Positions 45,367 through 57,008 of a DNA stretch of 64,000 bases are shown here, piece after piece. The DNA comes from Eledone cirrhosa (lineage: Eukaryota): assembly GCA_964016885.1 (NCBI GenBank), contig OZ024752.1, forward strand, positions 25,978,001 through 26,042,000, read 5' to 3'. Every line of letters begins with the position of its first letter. Positions within the stretch are counted from its first letter, which is position 1. Below the pieces are notes generated by a model. That model saw only the letters and a program-made list of their open reading frames with translations, ran no database searches and was not told the origin of the DNA. The position numbers were made by a program, and so were the translations under genes.

Positions 45367-45999
45367 CCCATCGCTAAACTATTTTTTAATGCTCTTGACA
45401 AACGCTTCCCTAGAACACATAAGTATCACTCATTTTTCAATAGACATACTATAAAATTAACATACTCGTCCACCAAAAATTTAGCACAAAATACTAATAG
45501 AATAAATAATAGGAATCTAAAACCTAGCCAAAATACCGAAAATAGCCTAAACAATATTCAAGTAAACAACTGTAACTGTAGAGATAGATCTAAATGTCCG
45601 CTAAATAACAATTGCTTAGTTAAAAATATAATATACAACTGTAATGTTAAAACTGACTTAAATTCTTTTAATTATGTTGGTTCCACCTCGACAGAATTTA
45701 AACTTCGCTATAATAATCACAAGAATTCTTTCACGGATCCAAGTAAAAGATCTTCAACATCACTATCAGGTTTACTCTGGCAACTTAAACATGATAACGT
45801 TGGATATTCGATGGTTTGGAATATAGTCTCAAAAGGGATTCCTTTTAATTCCTCTTCTGAGACATGTGACCTCTGCGCGGAGGAGATATTCTTTATACTA
45901 AAATCTAAAAATTCCCTTAATTTACGGACCAATTTATTCAGCTGCTGCAGACATAGATTGAACTCAACTTTTAAATATAAATATAAATTTAAAATGTAG
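45367..45999 (+). pseudogene. C-terminal linker and GIY-YIG endonuclease of a Naiad-like PLE (open frame, 5'-truncated)
   Basis: Manual translation: LDKRFPRTHKYHSFFNRHTIKLTYS...CNCRDRSKCPLNNNCLVKNIIY...YVGSTSTEFKLRYNNHKNSF...LWQLK...W.I...CDLCAEE...LNLR...CCRH; no stop in 210 codons. Confidence 0.88.
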
Positions 46000-47378
46000 T
46001 ATATTTACTTAAGATATTTAACTATTTATGAAACTTGCCGATAAATCTTTCGATTCCTTCAATTTTTTTTTGAATGATTTCTGCTAAATAAGGTTTGTTG
46101 AATAATTTTGGTTTAGTTTACTTTTGATTCTGATTGCTTCTAATGAACTTGACAATATATTGTCAAATAAATTTGAAGGGTGGTTTTTTTGTGGTTGATA
46201 TGCGTGGCATACTATGTTTTATTGCGTCCCTAGTTACTCTGTGGGGTGACGAAGATATTCTTGGCGTTTTTAATATATTTTTTTAATATATTTTTTTATA
46301 TATTTTTAATATATTGATATCTGTTGTCTATTCTATGCTTGAACGATAATCATGTAAGTGAGGGCAAGAATATTATTATTAATATTAATGTACACTTTAT
46401 GTCTATATATATATATGTATGTACATATATGTATGGTGGAATCTTTTGTAACGCAATGAAGCTTCTCATGAAAATATGAATTTACAGAGCCGATCACGTA
46501 AATTCACATGTGTGTCCATAATTGTCAACTTGAATTTCAGATAACCTTCTCTTTTCTCTTTTTCTTTTTTCATGAAAATACATATATACTTATGTATTTC
46601 AGTATTTTTGAAGTTTTATCTCAGATTTTGCTTATAAACCTAAGAATTTTTAAACTAAACATGGGGTCATTATTTTTTCATTTTTTCACACATTATTGAT
46701 ATACGTCTCATTCATGAATATTGATATCTACATTGTAATACCTAATTCATATGAATTGATAATTCAAATGGACAAGACATAATATTTTAAATATATCATC
46801 TTTCTTTCTTTTTCTCCTCTACACTTGACGGGACTTATATATCGGCTGTTTTTAACTGTATCTCTCCCACCTCGTATGATAGATATTACTCGATCTACCT
46901 CTTTTCTCCCACCACATATATCTCTCTCTATCTCTCTTTATTTATCTTATTTCTCTCCGTATCCTTAACACTATAACTAAATAAATAAATAAATAAATAA
47001 ATAATTACAGTACCCCCTTCCCTCCTTAATATCTCATTTGTACGCTGATCATCTGTCTCCAAGCTGCCTATCATTTTTCACTTCCTCAATATATTTCTCT
47101 CTCCCATATCTCTTTCTCTCTATCTCGCTCTGTTGTTTTCTTTACATACATCTCTTCATCTTCTTCTCTAACTGTCCTTAGCACTATACACTTTCTTTCT
47201 TCTTCTCTTCTTTTTTCTTTTTTTTTCTTTTTTTTTCTTTTTTTTTTCTTCTTTTTTTTTCTCTCTTCGTCCTTCTTTTTAACTGTCCTCAACATTTTCA
47301 CTACCAAATCAACTTTTTAAATGGAAGTTGCACTGTTCTAGGTATGTCAAATTTATTTATAAAAGGGTTTATATATTG

Positions 47379-47444
47379 TATTTTGTCTGAGGAAGGCATA
47401 CCATATTTTTAATATGGTATCCCTGAAATATATATAATGAAATA
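47379..47444 (+). ncRNA. Minimal type I hammerhead in the PLE pLTR
   Basis: UAUUUUGU-CUGAGGA-AGGcAUACCAUAUU..AAUAUGGUAUcCCU-GAAA-UAUAUA-UA-AUGAAAUA. Confidence 0.82.
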
Positions 47445-47530
47445 AATATGGTTTTATAAATATAGTTTCCATTTGTTTAATATCGTATATATATATATAT
47501 ATATGTATACATATATATATATATATATAC

Positions 47531-47565
<35 letters not shown>

Positions 47566-47566
47566 C

Positions 47567-47642
<76 letters not shown>

Positions 47643-47788
47643 ATACTTTGGGAGGGTCATGTTGCCAATAAGAAACACACGCACCAGCTACTTTCACTTC
47701 AATTTATTATAATAAATTTATAAATTTAGGAATTTATAAATTTCCGGTTGGTTGGTTGGTTCCACAACCAGATGGTTGTTTATATATT

Positions 47789-47831
47789 GTCAAAGTTCTT
47801 TCGTCACACATTCTGTGACCTCTTCAGTGAC
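47789..47831 (-). ncRNA. Minimal hammerhead in the 3' pLTR (second copy at 51766-51808)
   Basis: GUCA-CUGAAGA-gGUCACAgaaugUGUGAC-GAAA-GAAC-UU-UGAC. Confidence 0.72.
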
Positions 47832-48077
47832 TGGAGATTATTTTCTTTGTTTTTGTGCCTCTCCTTTGTTCTGTCCTATGCCATCTTGTTTCTCTGTCTG
47901 TGTTGTGTGCTCAGTCTGCGCATGCGCCACATCCGGGTGTCTGTGTGTGTTTATATTCGTTTATTTATTTGTTTATTTACATGTTACTGGTTGGTTGTTT
48001 GTTTTATGTGCGTGTGTGTTTTCATTTTGTCCTTAATTGTAAGTTGTGATGTTGCTGTTACACTCATGTTTTCTATT

Positions 48078-51000
48078 TTATTTTGGTTGTAATTCTTTTA
48101 TGTTTATTGGCTCTGTGATTTGTCTAAACATTGCGACTTTTCTGTGTGTAGATTCTATTTTTATTTCTATGTTCTCTAATTTACCCTTATGCTCTATTTT
48201 AGCATGTTGGTAGAGTACAGATGATTCTTTACTATCTTGAACGTATCGCCAGTGTTCATTTATCCGTTCCTCTACTCTACGAGCTATCTCACCTATGTAC
48301 ACTATATTTTTATCTCTACATTGTCCTTCAGTACATCTTATGCTATATACTGCATTTCTAGTTTTACAGTTAATATGGGGGCTTAATTTACAGGTTATAC
48401 ATTTCTTATCTATACAGGGGGGTCTTTGAAAAGGGTATGTCTTGCTAATAAGTGTTTTTATGGAGGTACCTGGTCTTTCTACTATCTTAATATTGAGTTT
48501 ATGTTTATCTAGGGCCCTTCTAAATTTGTAAGCTAATTCACCTCTAGGGGTTGTATCGATGAACATTACACTCTGGTATTTATTGCTATCATTACATGAG
48601 TTTATTCTATTAGCCTTATTCCTAGTTCTTTCTATTCTATTCCAAAATTTGCTCCTATACAAGGGGCAGGTCCCATTTGTGTCATTATTTACCATTTTTT
48701 CCCATTTGGTTCTGGCTCCTCTATACACTCTGATTTTATCTCTTTGATTGTAACCAGAGAACTGCATACGGTGGATGAAGTGTTGTATGTGTCTCTCTAG
48801 TTCTTCGGGGTTGCACATGCGGGACACGTTTCTCATCACCCGTACCAAATCCGCAATCAGTATGTTGATTTTGGTATGGTCCGAAACAGCTGACTTTCGG
48901 TGGATCAGATATTTGGAAGTCATGGGTTTGGCATAATGGCAATGGAGGATTTGTTTTTCGTTATTAATGGTATCTAACCAGAGCTCTGTGTCTAGTACTG
49001 GTAATCGATGGTTGGGGTGTTTGCTTGGGTAGTCTATAGTAACTCGAATACTCTGGTGGATGGAGTTAGCTATTTGCTGGATGCTTTCCATTGAGTTTTT
49101 CTCTAGTTCCTGACTGTTCTCTAGTGGGGTGTTTTAACTACGATGTTTATATCATCAACGTAGCGGGAGTACATTATCAGGGTTAAGGGGTCTTCTGATT
49201 GTTCTTTAAGTTTAAGTTTAAGTCTACTGTTCCACCATACCATGAATAAGTTAGCTATGTCGCCTGCAATGCTAACACCAATGGCTGCTCCCTCGTCTTG
49301 GGCATATGTTTTTCCATTAAATTTGAACATATGTTCCTTAAGGGTTAATTTTATCTGGCCCCCACCGCATGTACAATCATTTTCTTTAGTTCATCGTGGT
49401 TTTCGGAGGTCCGCATGGCTCTGATCCACCCGTTCCATCTACCTGTGTGGGTTTTCTTGGCCATTGAGGTAATGGTAGGTGGTCTGCCTCTTTCTGGTCT
49501 TGTAGGGCACAGGTTGCTAAGGTCATATGTGTCTAGATAATTATTACTATAGGTAAGTTTAAGTAGGAGTCCCAGGTCACTGGTATCAATCCCACGGAAC
49601 TCAACATTGCTCTCACTGATCATTTCTACGCATTTCTCCACAGCAAAATCCACGTCAATAGATGGATACAGAGACACAACATCCATACTACCTATTATGC
49701 AGTTTGTTAGGTCCCTAGATCGGTTACTCTCGCCGATTCTGCTGAGGAGGTCCTCCGTGCTGTCACATACATCTGGGGACATTTCAGTGATGGGGCGTAT
49801 GATCAGGGAGAGGAAGTAGGACAGTCTGTAGTTACTAGCAATGTTAGCTCCACAGACTGGCCGTGTTGGTGGTCCCGTGACAGGGTCACTGCTCGTTTTA
49901 TGGTTTTTTCGAAGCCCATACAACGCTGACACGTCATTGTTCCAGGCCTGGAAGTTGTTGGCAGTCCTTTTGTTGGGCTACATAATACTTGTCCACATCA
50001 CCATATGGGCATTGAGGGCTTTTTCCCTATCCTCATGCTCTTGTGGTGTTACTTCTCTTGTGTTAGTGATGTGGGGTTGCATTGCCTGGATGTAGTTTGG
50101 CAGACTGTCAACCGACATTCTGCCAGACTTGTCTGTTGGAAAGCATGCTATCTCTCCATTACGCGAGCGCTGCATGAGCTTACGCAAGCCATTTGCAGAT
50201 TTTTCTCCCAGTTGCTGGGCCTCCATTCTATTATGCTTCTTGATATACTTTTATATAATATTTCTAAGTTTAGATCTAGCTATACTAAATTGTGCTTCTG
50301 TTTGTTCATCGACCTGCGACGGCAATTGCGTGCGTTTGTTAAAAGCTAAAGTCGTGGCGTGGACTCGTCGCAGGTCGAACGACTTGTCGGAGGGATTATA
50401 AAAAGTAGAGTTCCAGGCTGCTGCTTTATGTGTACTAGTGCTATTGTTATTGTTAGTTGTGTTGTTTCTATTTCTATTTCCACCAACAGCCTCATGGTTG
50501 TTTCTATGTCTCTCATAATTACTCCTGTCTCTTTCCTCTGGCTCATTGTTATTATCTACTCTATTTTGTGTGTCTATGTGTTCGTCTTGGTTATTTTCTC
50601 TGTCCATAGTCTCCCTTCTCCTTTCAATCCTATTACCTTCCCTTATTTCTGTGCTACTGCCATTACATGTTTTCTGTGTCTGTGTGTTTGTTAAGATTGT
50701 GGCGGTGGTGAGAGGCATTGAATGTGTGTGTTGTTGTTGTTGTTGATGTGTGTTGTTGTTGTCTCCGTGTATGTTATTGTTGTTGTGTGTATTGTTATTG
50801 TTGTTTCTGAGTATGTTATTATTGTTGATGTGTGTTTTATTGTTATTGTTGTTTGTGTCTGTGTGTCTGTTGTTGTTGGGATGTGTGTTGTATATGTGTG
50901 TGCGTATGTTGTTACTTTTGTTTTTGTTTTTGTTTTTGAGGCTCCAACGTAATTTTGTAAATGATTTTTCTATTTCTGACAAACATCTAATCATATTTAC

Positions 51001-51695
51001 CTTATTGAATGTGGCATATTTAGGCGGCAGTTGTAATACAGATAATTCATCAGAGTCGACTGTAGTGTTGCCGTATATATTTGTGTTGTTGTTGTTGAAC
51101 TCATCTGTTAATGAGATGTCGGCCATATTTATACCTTCAATTTTGTCGGGATATCTATTGATATTCTCTAAAGTATCTTGATTTAGTTTTATCTGTTTAA
51201 GCCACTTTAGATTCTTGTTAAAGTGTTTATCACATTCTTGAACAATGTACTTTTCTTCAGGACGTATAAGGTTTATAAATATTAGTTTTTCTCTTGGTGT
51301 GGTGATCTTAGTTATTTCTTGTATTAGGTTACGCTTATGTTTTTCTTGATGACTTAATTCTCTATAGATCTTTTTTATGTTCGTTTTAGCCTATCTGCTT
51401 GCTTTTTGGTGAGCTGTAATCTTCTTACATCGGTGTTGATGGTGTTGGTGTAAACTCGGGACGAGGCACATCCTTTAATGAAGTGTAGTTGTCGAGATGT
51501 TATTGTTTTTCGTAGACAACAGAACATGGTGGTTTTCAGAATCTTGTTAGCCTGGCTAAGGCTTACGATATTTCGTTTCTGAATTTGTTTAGCAAGATTC
51601 TTTATCTGAAAACGTGTGTTGAAACCGATATTGTTATACTTTGGGAGGGTCATATTGCCAATAAGAAACACACGCACCAGTTGCTTTAACTTCAA
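48078..51695 (-). pseudogene. PLE reverse transcriptase plus GIY-YIG endonuclease, broken by frameshifts/stops
   Basis: Fragments: LPPKYA; PTDKSGR; LYGLRKNHK..PTRPV; SMDVVSLYPSID; GAAIGVSIAGDIANLFM; RYVDDI; LPVLD; CIDKKCITC..CKTRNAVYSIRC..YIGEIARRVEERINEH. Confidence 0.92.
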
Positions 51696-52721
51696 TTTAT
51701 TATAATAAATTTATAAATATCCGGTTGGTTGGTTGGTTCCACAACCAGATGGTTGTTTATATATTGTCAAAGTTCTTTCGTCACACATTCTGTGACCTCT
51801 TCAGTGGCTGGACATTCTTTTCTTTGTTTTTGTGCCTCTCCTTTGTTCTGTCCTATGCCATCTTGTTTCTGTGTGTGTGTCGTGTGCTCAGTCTGTGCAT
51901 GCGCCACATCCGGGTGTCTGTGTGTGTTTATATTCGTTTATTTATTTGTTTATTTACATGTTACTGGTTGGTTGTTTGTTCTATGTGCGTGTGTGTTTTC
52001 ATTTTGTCCTTAATTGTAAGTTGTGATGTTGCTGTTACACTCATGTTTTCTATTTTATTTTGGTTGTAATTCTTTTATGTTTATTGCCTCTGTGATTTGT
52101 CTAAACATTGCGTCTTTTCTGTGTGTAGATTCTATTTTTATTTCTATGCTCTCTAATTTACCGTGGTGGCCTCTCTGTCCGCAATCTTTGCGGCCCGTTT
52201 TTACCCCCGTCGTAAAAAAACCCTTCTGGATTATCTCCCTTCCCCTTCTCCTCCTCACTTTTGGTTGCCCGTGTTTCTCTCTCACATTCTCCTGTCTATG
52301 TGAGAGGCAGCACGATTATACCAACTCTGAGTCGTAGCTGACCACCAGGCTAAAGTCTCCCAGGCTGGCCACAACTTACTTTCCCTATTTTTCCACGGTT
52401 ACTTTTTTGCATGTTTCTGTCACCTGTGTCTTCCCACGATAGGATCTGTACACTTTTTTTCTTCTATTCTTTTCCTATTTTCCCCCTCTTCCTCTCTCCT
52501 CATCCCCCCCCCCCCCGTTCTTCCGCATTTACCTCTCTTTCCTTTTCTCTCTCCTTTTCCACCTAGCCTTTTGATTAATAAAAAGCCTCGGGCGCACCCG
52601 AACTACACCGATGTCCTGTAATTCAGCGCCGAAACATCGATTCGGGAAACATTTGCAGCTGACGATGGAAACTCCTTTCTTCCTTTCTCTTCCTGTTCCG
52701 TCCTACCACCATCCTAAACCC

Positions 52722-52758
<37 letters not shown>

Positions 52759-52896
52759 ATATTTGACATACATACATGCTTTTAAACCTGTTCCACCAAA
52801 TAATCAAACGCTGACCCTCTGACCTCATTTCATTGTGACCAATGAAAAGTGTCTGTCTCGTTGTTCCAATGTCTTCACTTCTGCTTTACTTGCCAG

Positions 52897-52971
<75 letters not shown>

Positions 52972-52972
<1 letters not shown>

Positions 52973-53188
52973 TGAAGGCGCGTGGCTGAGTAGTTAGACA
53001 ATTGGATTCGCAATTGTGAGGTTGTGAGTTCGATTCCTGGACCGGGCGATGCGTTATGTCCCTCAGCAAGGCACTTTATTTCACGTTGCTCCTTCTACCT
53101 GGAGTTGTGACCAACAGAGAGTATTAGCAATTGGAAAGAGCAACGGAAACATTGCTTCCTCGGTCCGATTTGACGAAAGACGATCGAC
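52972..53188 (+). mobile_element. tRNA-derived SINE family 2
   Basis: A-box-like tggctgagtagtt, B-box gagttcgattcc, CORE-like gtccctcagcaaggcactttatttcac. Relatives at 16935, 37545, 54118 and 54525. Confidence 0.85.
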
Positions 53189-53201
53189 TGACATATATAT
53201 A

Positions 53202-53240
<39 letters not shown>

Positions 53241-53527
53241 GCCACATACATAAAACAAGATCAAACAAATACTCAACTTAAAATACCTGTATACATGCGT
53301 GTGTGTGTGTGTGTATACACACCATATACATACCCTATGCACACACTTATATTCACATACACTGGGTTTCCATTAACTTAACCACATGAACGCACGTATA
53401 CTACTCGCATTCACACACAGTAACATTCATACCTACACACGCACGCATGCAGACTTGCGTATATATTTACCTAGTTGATGTTAAATTCCAATGAGTCTTA
53501 TGTTATAAACCGACTCTCTCCCTCTCT

Positions 53528-53573
<46 letters not shown>

Positions 53574-54952
53574 TTCCCCCTCTCTCTCCCCCTCTCTGTT
53601 AACATTTATAAAATTATAAAACCAAAACATATATATATATACTCACATCTACATAGGTTTTGGGGTCCTTCCGACCCCTGCAAATACGACATGGTCATAA
53701 CTATGAGGCCTTTATCAAGGGTTTGCTTGGTCTGTTTTACCTGAGGTTAATGAAAACCATCAACTACTACAAACTGGGGCCACAACGTACATATATGTAC
53801 ATACATATGCAATGATGCACGATTTATAAGCTTACAGTTATCCAAATATAGAAAGTTTCAGCTGGAGCTTCCCAACAAATCTTCATACGGTTTAAATACG
53901 CAAGTCTCTGATATCCGGATGGCTGTATGTCAGTAGAAGGGCACCTAGTAATTATGACCTTGATGTGGCCTAACCGTACCCCTAACACTAACCTTAATCC
54001 TTAGTGTGTAAGAAGTCAACGCTAGAAGTCGAAACACAGGCTTGAAGGGTGGGTTTCTTCTCTGAAGGCCTTCTGTTGTCCAGCTCTGTTGAAAGTTTTT
54101 TTTTACCACTGTTGTCATGTGAAGGCGTGTGGTTTAAGGTTCGGGTGTTCGTCTGACGATCATTAAGCTGTGAGTTCGTTACCCAGTGTTATCCGTGTTG
54201 CGTTCTTGAGCAAGACACGTTATTTCACGTTGCTTCAGTCCTCTCAACCGGTAATAAAGAGTTATACCTGTAGTTCAAAGAGTCAGCCTTGTCACACATT
54301 GTGTAACACTGAATCTCCCTGAGAACAACATTAAAGTTGTACGTGTCTGTAAAATGTTCAGCTACTTGCCTATCAATTTCCCCGACGGAGGTCCATCATA
54401 CGAAAGAAAGGAGACGTGTGTGGAGAAACGAGACGTGGCCTCATCAACAGATCATTGTGTTCTGTTATTATACCTTTCGATATCGTTAATACAATAGAAA
54501 GAGATGATAAGTCTTCAGATCACTGGAGTAACGTGAAATAGAGTGTCTTGCTTAAGGAAACAACACGCCGCCTGGTACGAGCAATAATTGAATTCACGAA
54601 ATTACGATTGTCAACCGAACAACCTAACCACTAAGCCATATGCCTCCATATATAGGTATACATAAGTACATTCATACATGCATATATAGTATATACATAA
54701 GTACATTCATACATGCATACACCAATCTATATATACATACAGACAGAAATAAAGGTATATATACACACAGGCTAACGAAGACACAGATACACTTGCATAA
54801 AAATACATGCGCGCGCATAGACAGGTCTCTCTCCAATCACACGAGAGGGCACACATATACACAAACTTACATATACTCTGAGAAGTATACACGTACACAC
54901 ACACTCTCTCTCTCTCTCTCTTTCTCTTTTTCTCTCTCTTTCTCTTTTTCTT

Positions 54953-54983
<31 letters not shown>

Positions 54984-55527
54984 CTCTATCTATCTATTTA
55001 TCTTTCTCTCTGATTGACTCATTCTCTCCCTCCATTTCTCCTTCTCTCAAACTTTTATTCATTCACACATACACACAGATACCCCCCCCCCCCCACACAC
55101 ACACAGGTATGTAGGTACACACACTCATGTCACACCTGTCAAAAATTCAGCAATGAAACTGTCCACATGAGAATAATTGTCACGAGAAAAAAAAATTGAA
55201 AAATCAAGACAGTAGTGATTGGCTTCACTGATAACTCCACAGTTTGTATACAGAATAAAACAACTTGATAGAGTTGGAGTCAACGAGGGACCTACTATAG
55301 GGTCGACCAACCTGCTAGAAATAGCAGTCAAGTTTCTCTTAAATTTGGTGAAAATGAAAACCACGTTGGATAATGTAATTAGAGATTATATGGTTACGTC
55401 TAACCTCTAGTTAAGAAATAACAGCTAGGCACAACTAATGTTCCTTATTTTACAGGTCAAAAGGTTCTTACAAATAAAGATATGCTGAAGAAACTTCCGT
55501 ATTTATTGACAACTGACTGTGAAAGTA

Positions 55528-56135
55528 TCTAGAGCGGCACCCCAACAACTTGCTGTACCAGTGGCACATCTGGCGTGGCACCCCAACAACTTGCTGCACC
55601 AGTGGCACATCTAGAGGGGCACCGCAACGACAGGCTATACCAGTGGCACATCTAGAGTGACACACCAATGACTGGCTGAACCAGTGACACCACTAGTGTG
55701 GCACCCCAACGATTGGCTGTACCAGTGACACCACTAGTGTGGCACCCCAACGACTGGCTGTACCAGTGACACATCTAGAGGGGCACCGCAACGACAGGCT
55801 ATACCACTGGCACATCTAGAGTGGCACACCAATGACTGGCTGTACCAGTGACACATCTAGAGTGGCACCCCAGTGACTGGGTGAACCAGTGACACCACTA
55901 GTGTGGCACCCCAACGATTGGCTGTACCAGTGACACCACTAGTGTGGCACCCCAACGACTGGCTGTACCAGTGACACATCTAGAGGGGCACCGCAACGAC
56001 AGGCTATACCAGTGGCACATCTAGAGTGGCACACCAATGACTGGCTGTACCAGTGACACATCTAGAGTGGCACACCAATGACTGGCTGTACCAGTGACAC
56101 ATCTAGAGTGGCACCCCAGTGACTGGGTGAACCAG
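55528..56135. repeat. 41-bp GC-rich minisatellite (tctagagtggcaccccaacgactggctgtaccagtgacaca), ~15 copies
   Basis: Constant 41-bp period; variant units recur in blocks. Confidence 0.92.
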
Positions 56136-56294
56136 TTGCGGGAATATCAAACGAGTCAGCCAACTCACTGCCTGCCTGTACACACACACACATATATATA
56201 TATGTGTGTGTGTGTGTGTGTACAGGCATATATATATATATATATATAACCAAATGTTAATAAGGTTCATTGATTACTCAATGAATATAGTTTT

Positions 56295-56371
<77 letters not shown>

Positions 56372-56583
56372 TATTAGAGTTGTATTTGCGCATCGGCAGC
56401 ACAAGTCGAATTATCTAAACTAGGCGATATACATTCAATGAGGCGAGAAATAAATTCCTGGCACCAGAGTCGCCTCAATTACGATATTAGAGGGGAAAAC
56501 CTTGAATAAAATATAATATTGAAAGCCTATATGTCAATTACAGTAAACAATAACAACAAATGACAAAGAAAAAATAAGTTGTA

Positions 56584-56632
<49 letters not shown>

Positions 56633-56684
56633 CACACATAAATACACACACACATATATATATACAATAATACTACTACTACTT

Positions 56685-56741
<57 letters not shown>

Positions 56742-57008
56742 ATAATAATAATAATGATTTCATTTATTGGCCACAAGGGCCGACATATAGGGGACAACAC
56801 AATAGACAGGGACAGTGGGGGTTTACATAGAGATCGAGTAAGTATAAATAACAAAAAGACAAAATAACAATAAAAATACAACAATGAAAGTTCCCCAATA
56901 AGAGGGATCACCACCCAGGGTTGACTCAAGCACCCCACCAGTCCTGAGCCACCCGACGCTCCTAGGGCACCCGGGAAGGGCACCCCTCTCCTTCTCGAAT
57001 TCACCAGC

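Larger units (their letters stand above)
44503..47487 (+). mobile_element. 5'-truncated Penelope-like element (Naiad-like) with ~800-bp inverted pLTR
   Basis: 44592-45371 is the reverse complement of 46661-47487; GIY-YIG coding remnant between; ~89-nt tail on the left arm only; (TA)n flanks. Confidence 0.9.
47638..52162 (-). mobile_element. Near full-length Penelope-like retroelement in partial-tandem (direct pLTR) arrangement
   Basis: Direct repeats 47638-48184 and 51631-52162; the upstream repeat includes the ORF C-terminus; RT and GIY-YIG ORF between; 3' end abuts (TA)n. Confidence 0.92.

Noticed and set aside
46450-46500. SECIS-like AUGA...AAAA...CGAU in the 3' UTR of the Naiad-like PLE
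   Set aside because: The upper helix pairs poorly by eye and the visible ORF has no in-frame UGA; SECISearch on a consensus would be needed.
52972-53050. tRNA gene
   Set aside because: A/B-box-like head without a convincing cloverleaf, continuing into a SINE body; the same applies to the other SINE heads.
55528-56135. Possible CRISPR array (41-bp, partly palindromic)
   Set aside because: No spacers; the whole unit is repeated.
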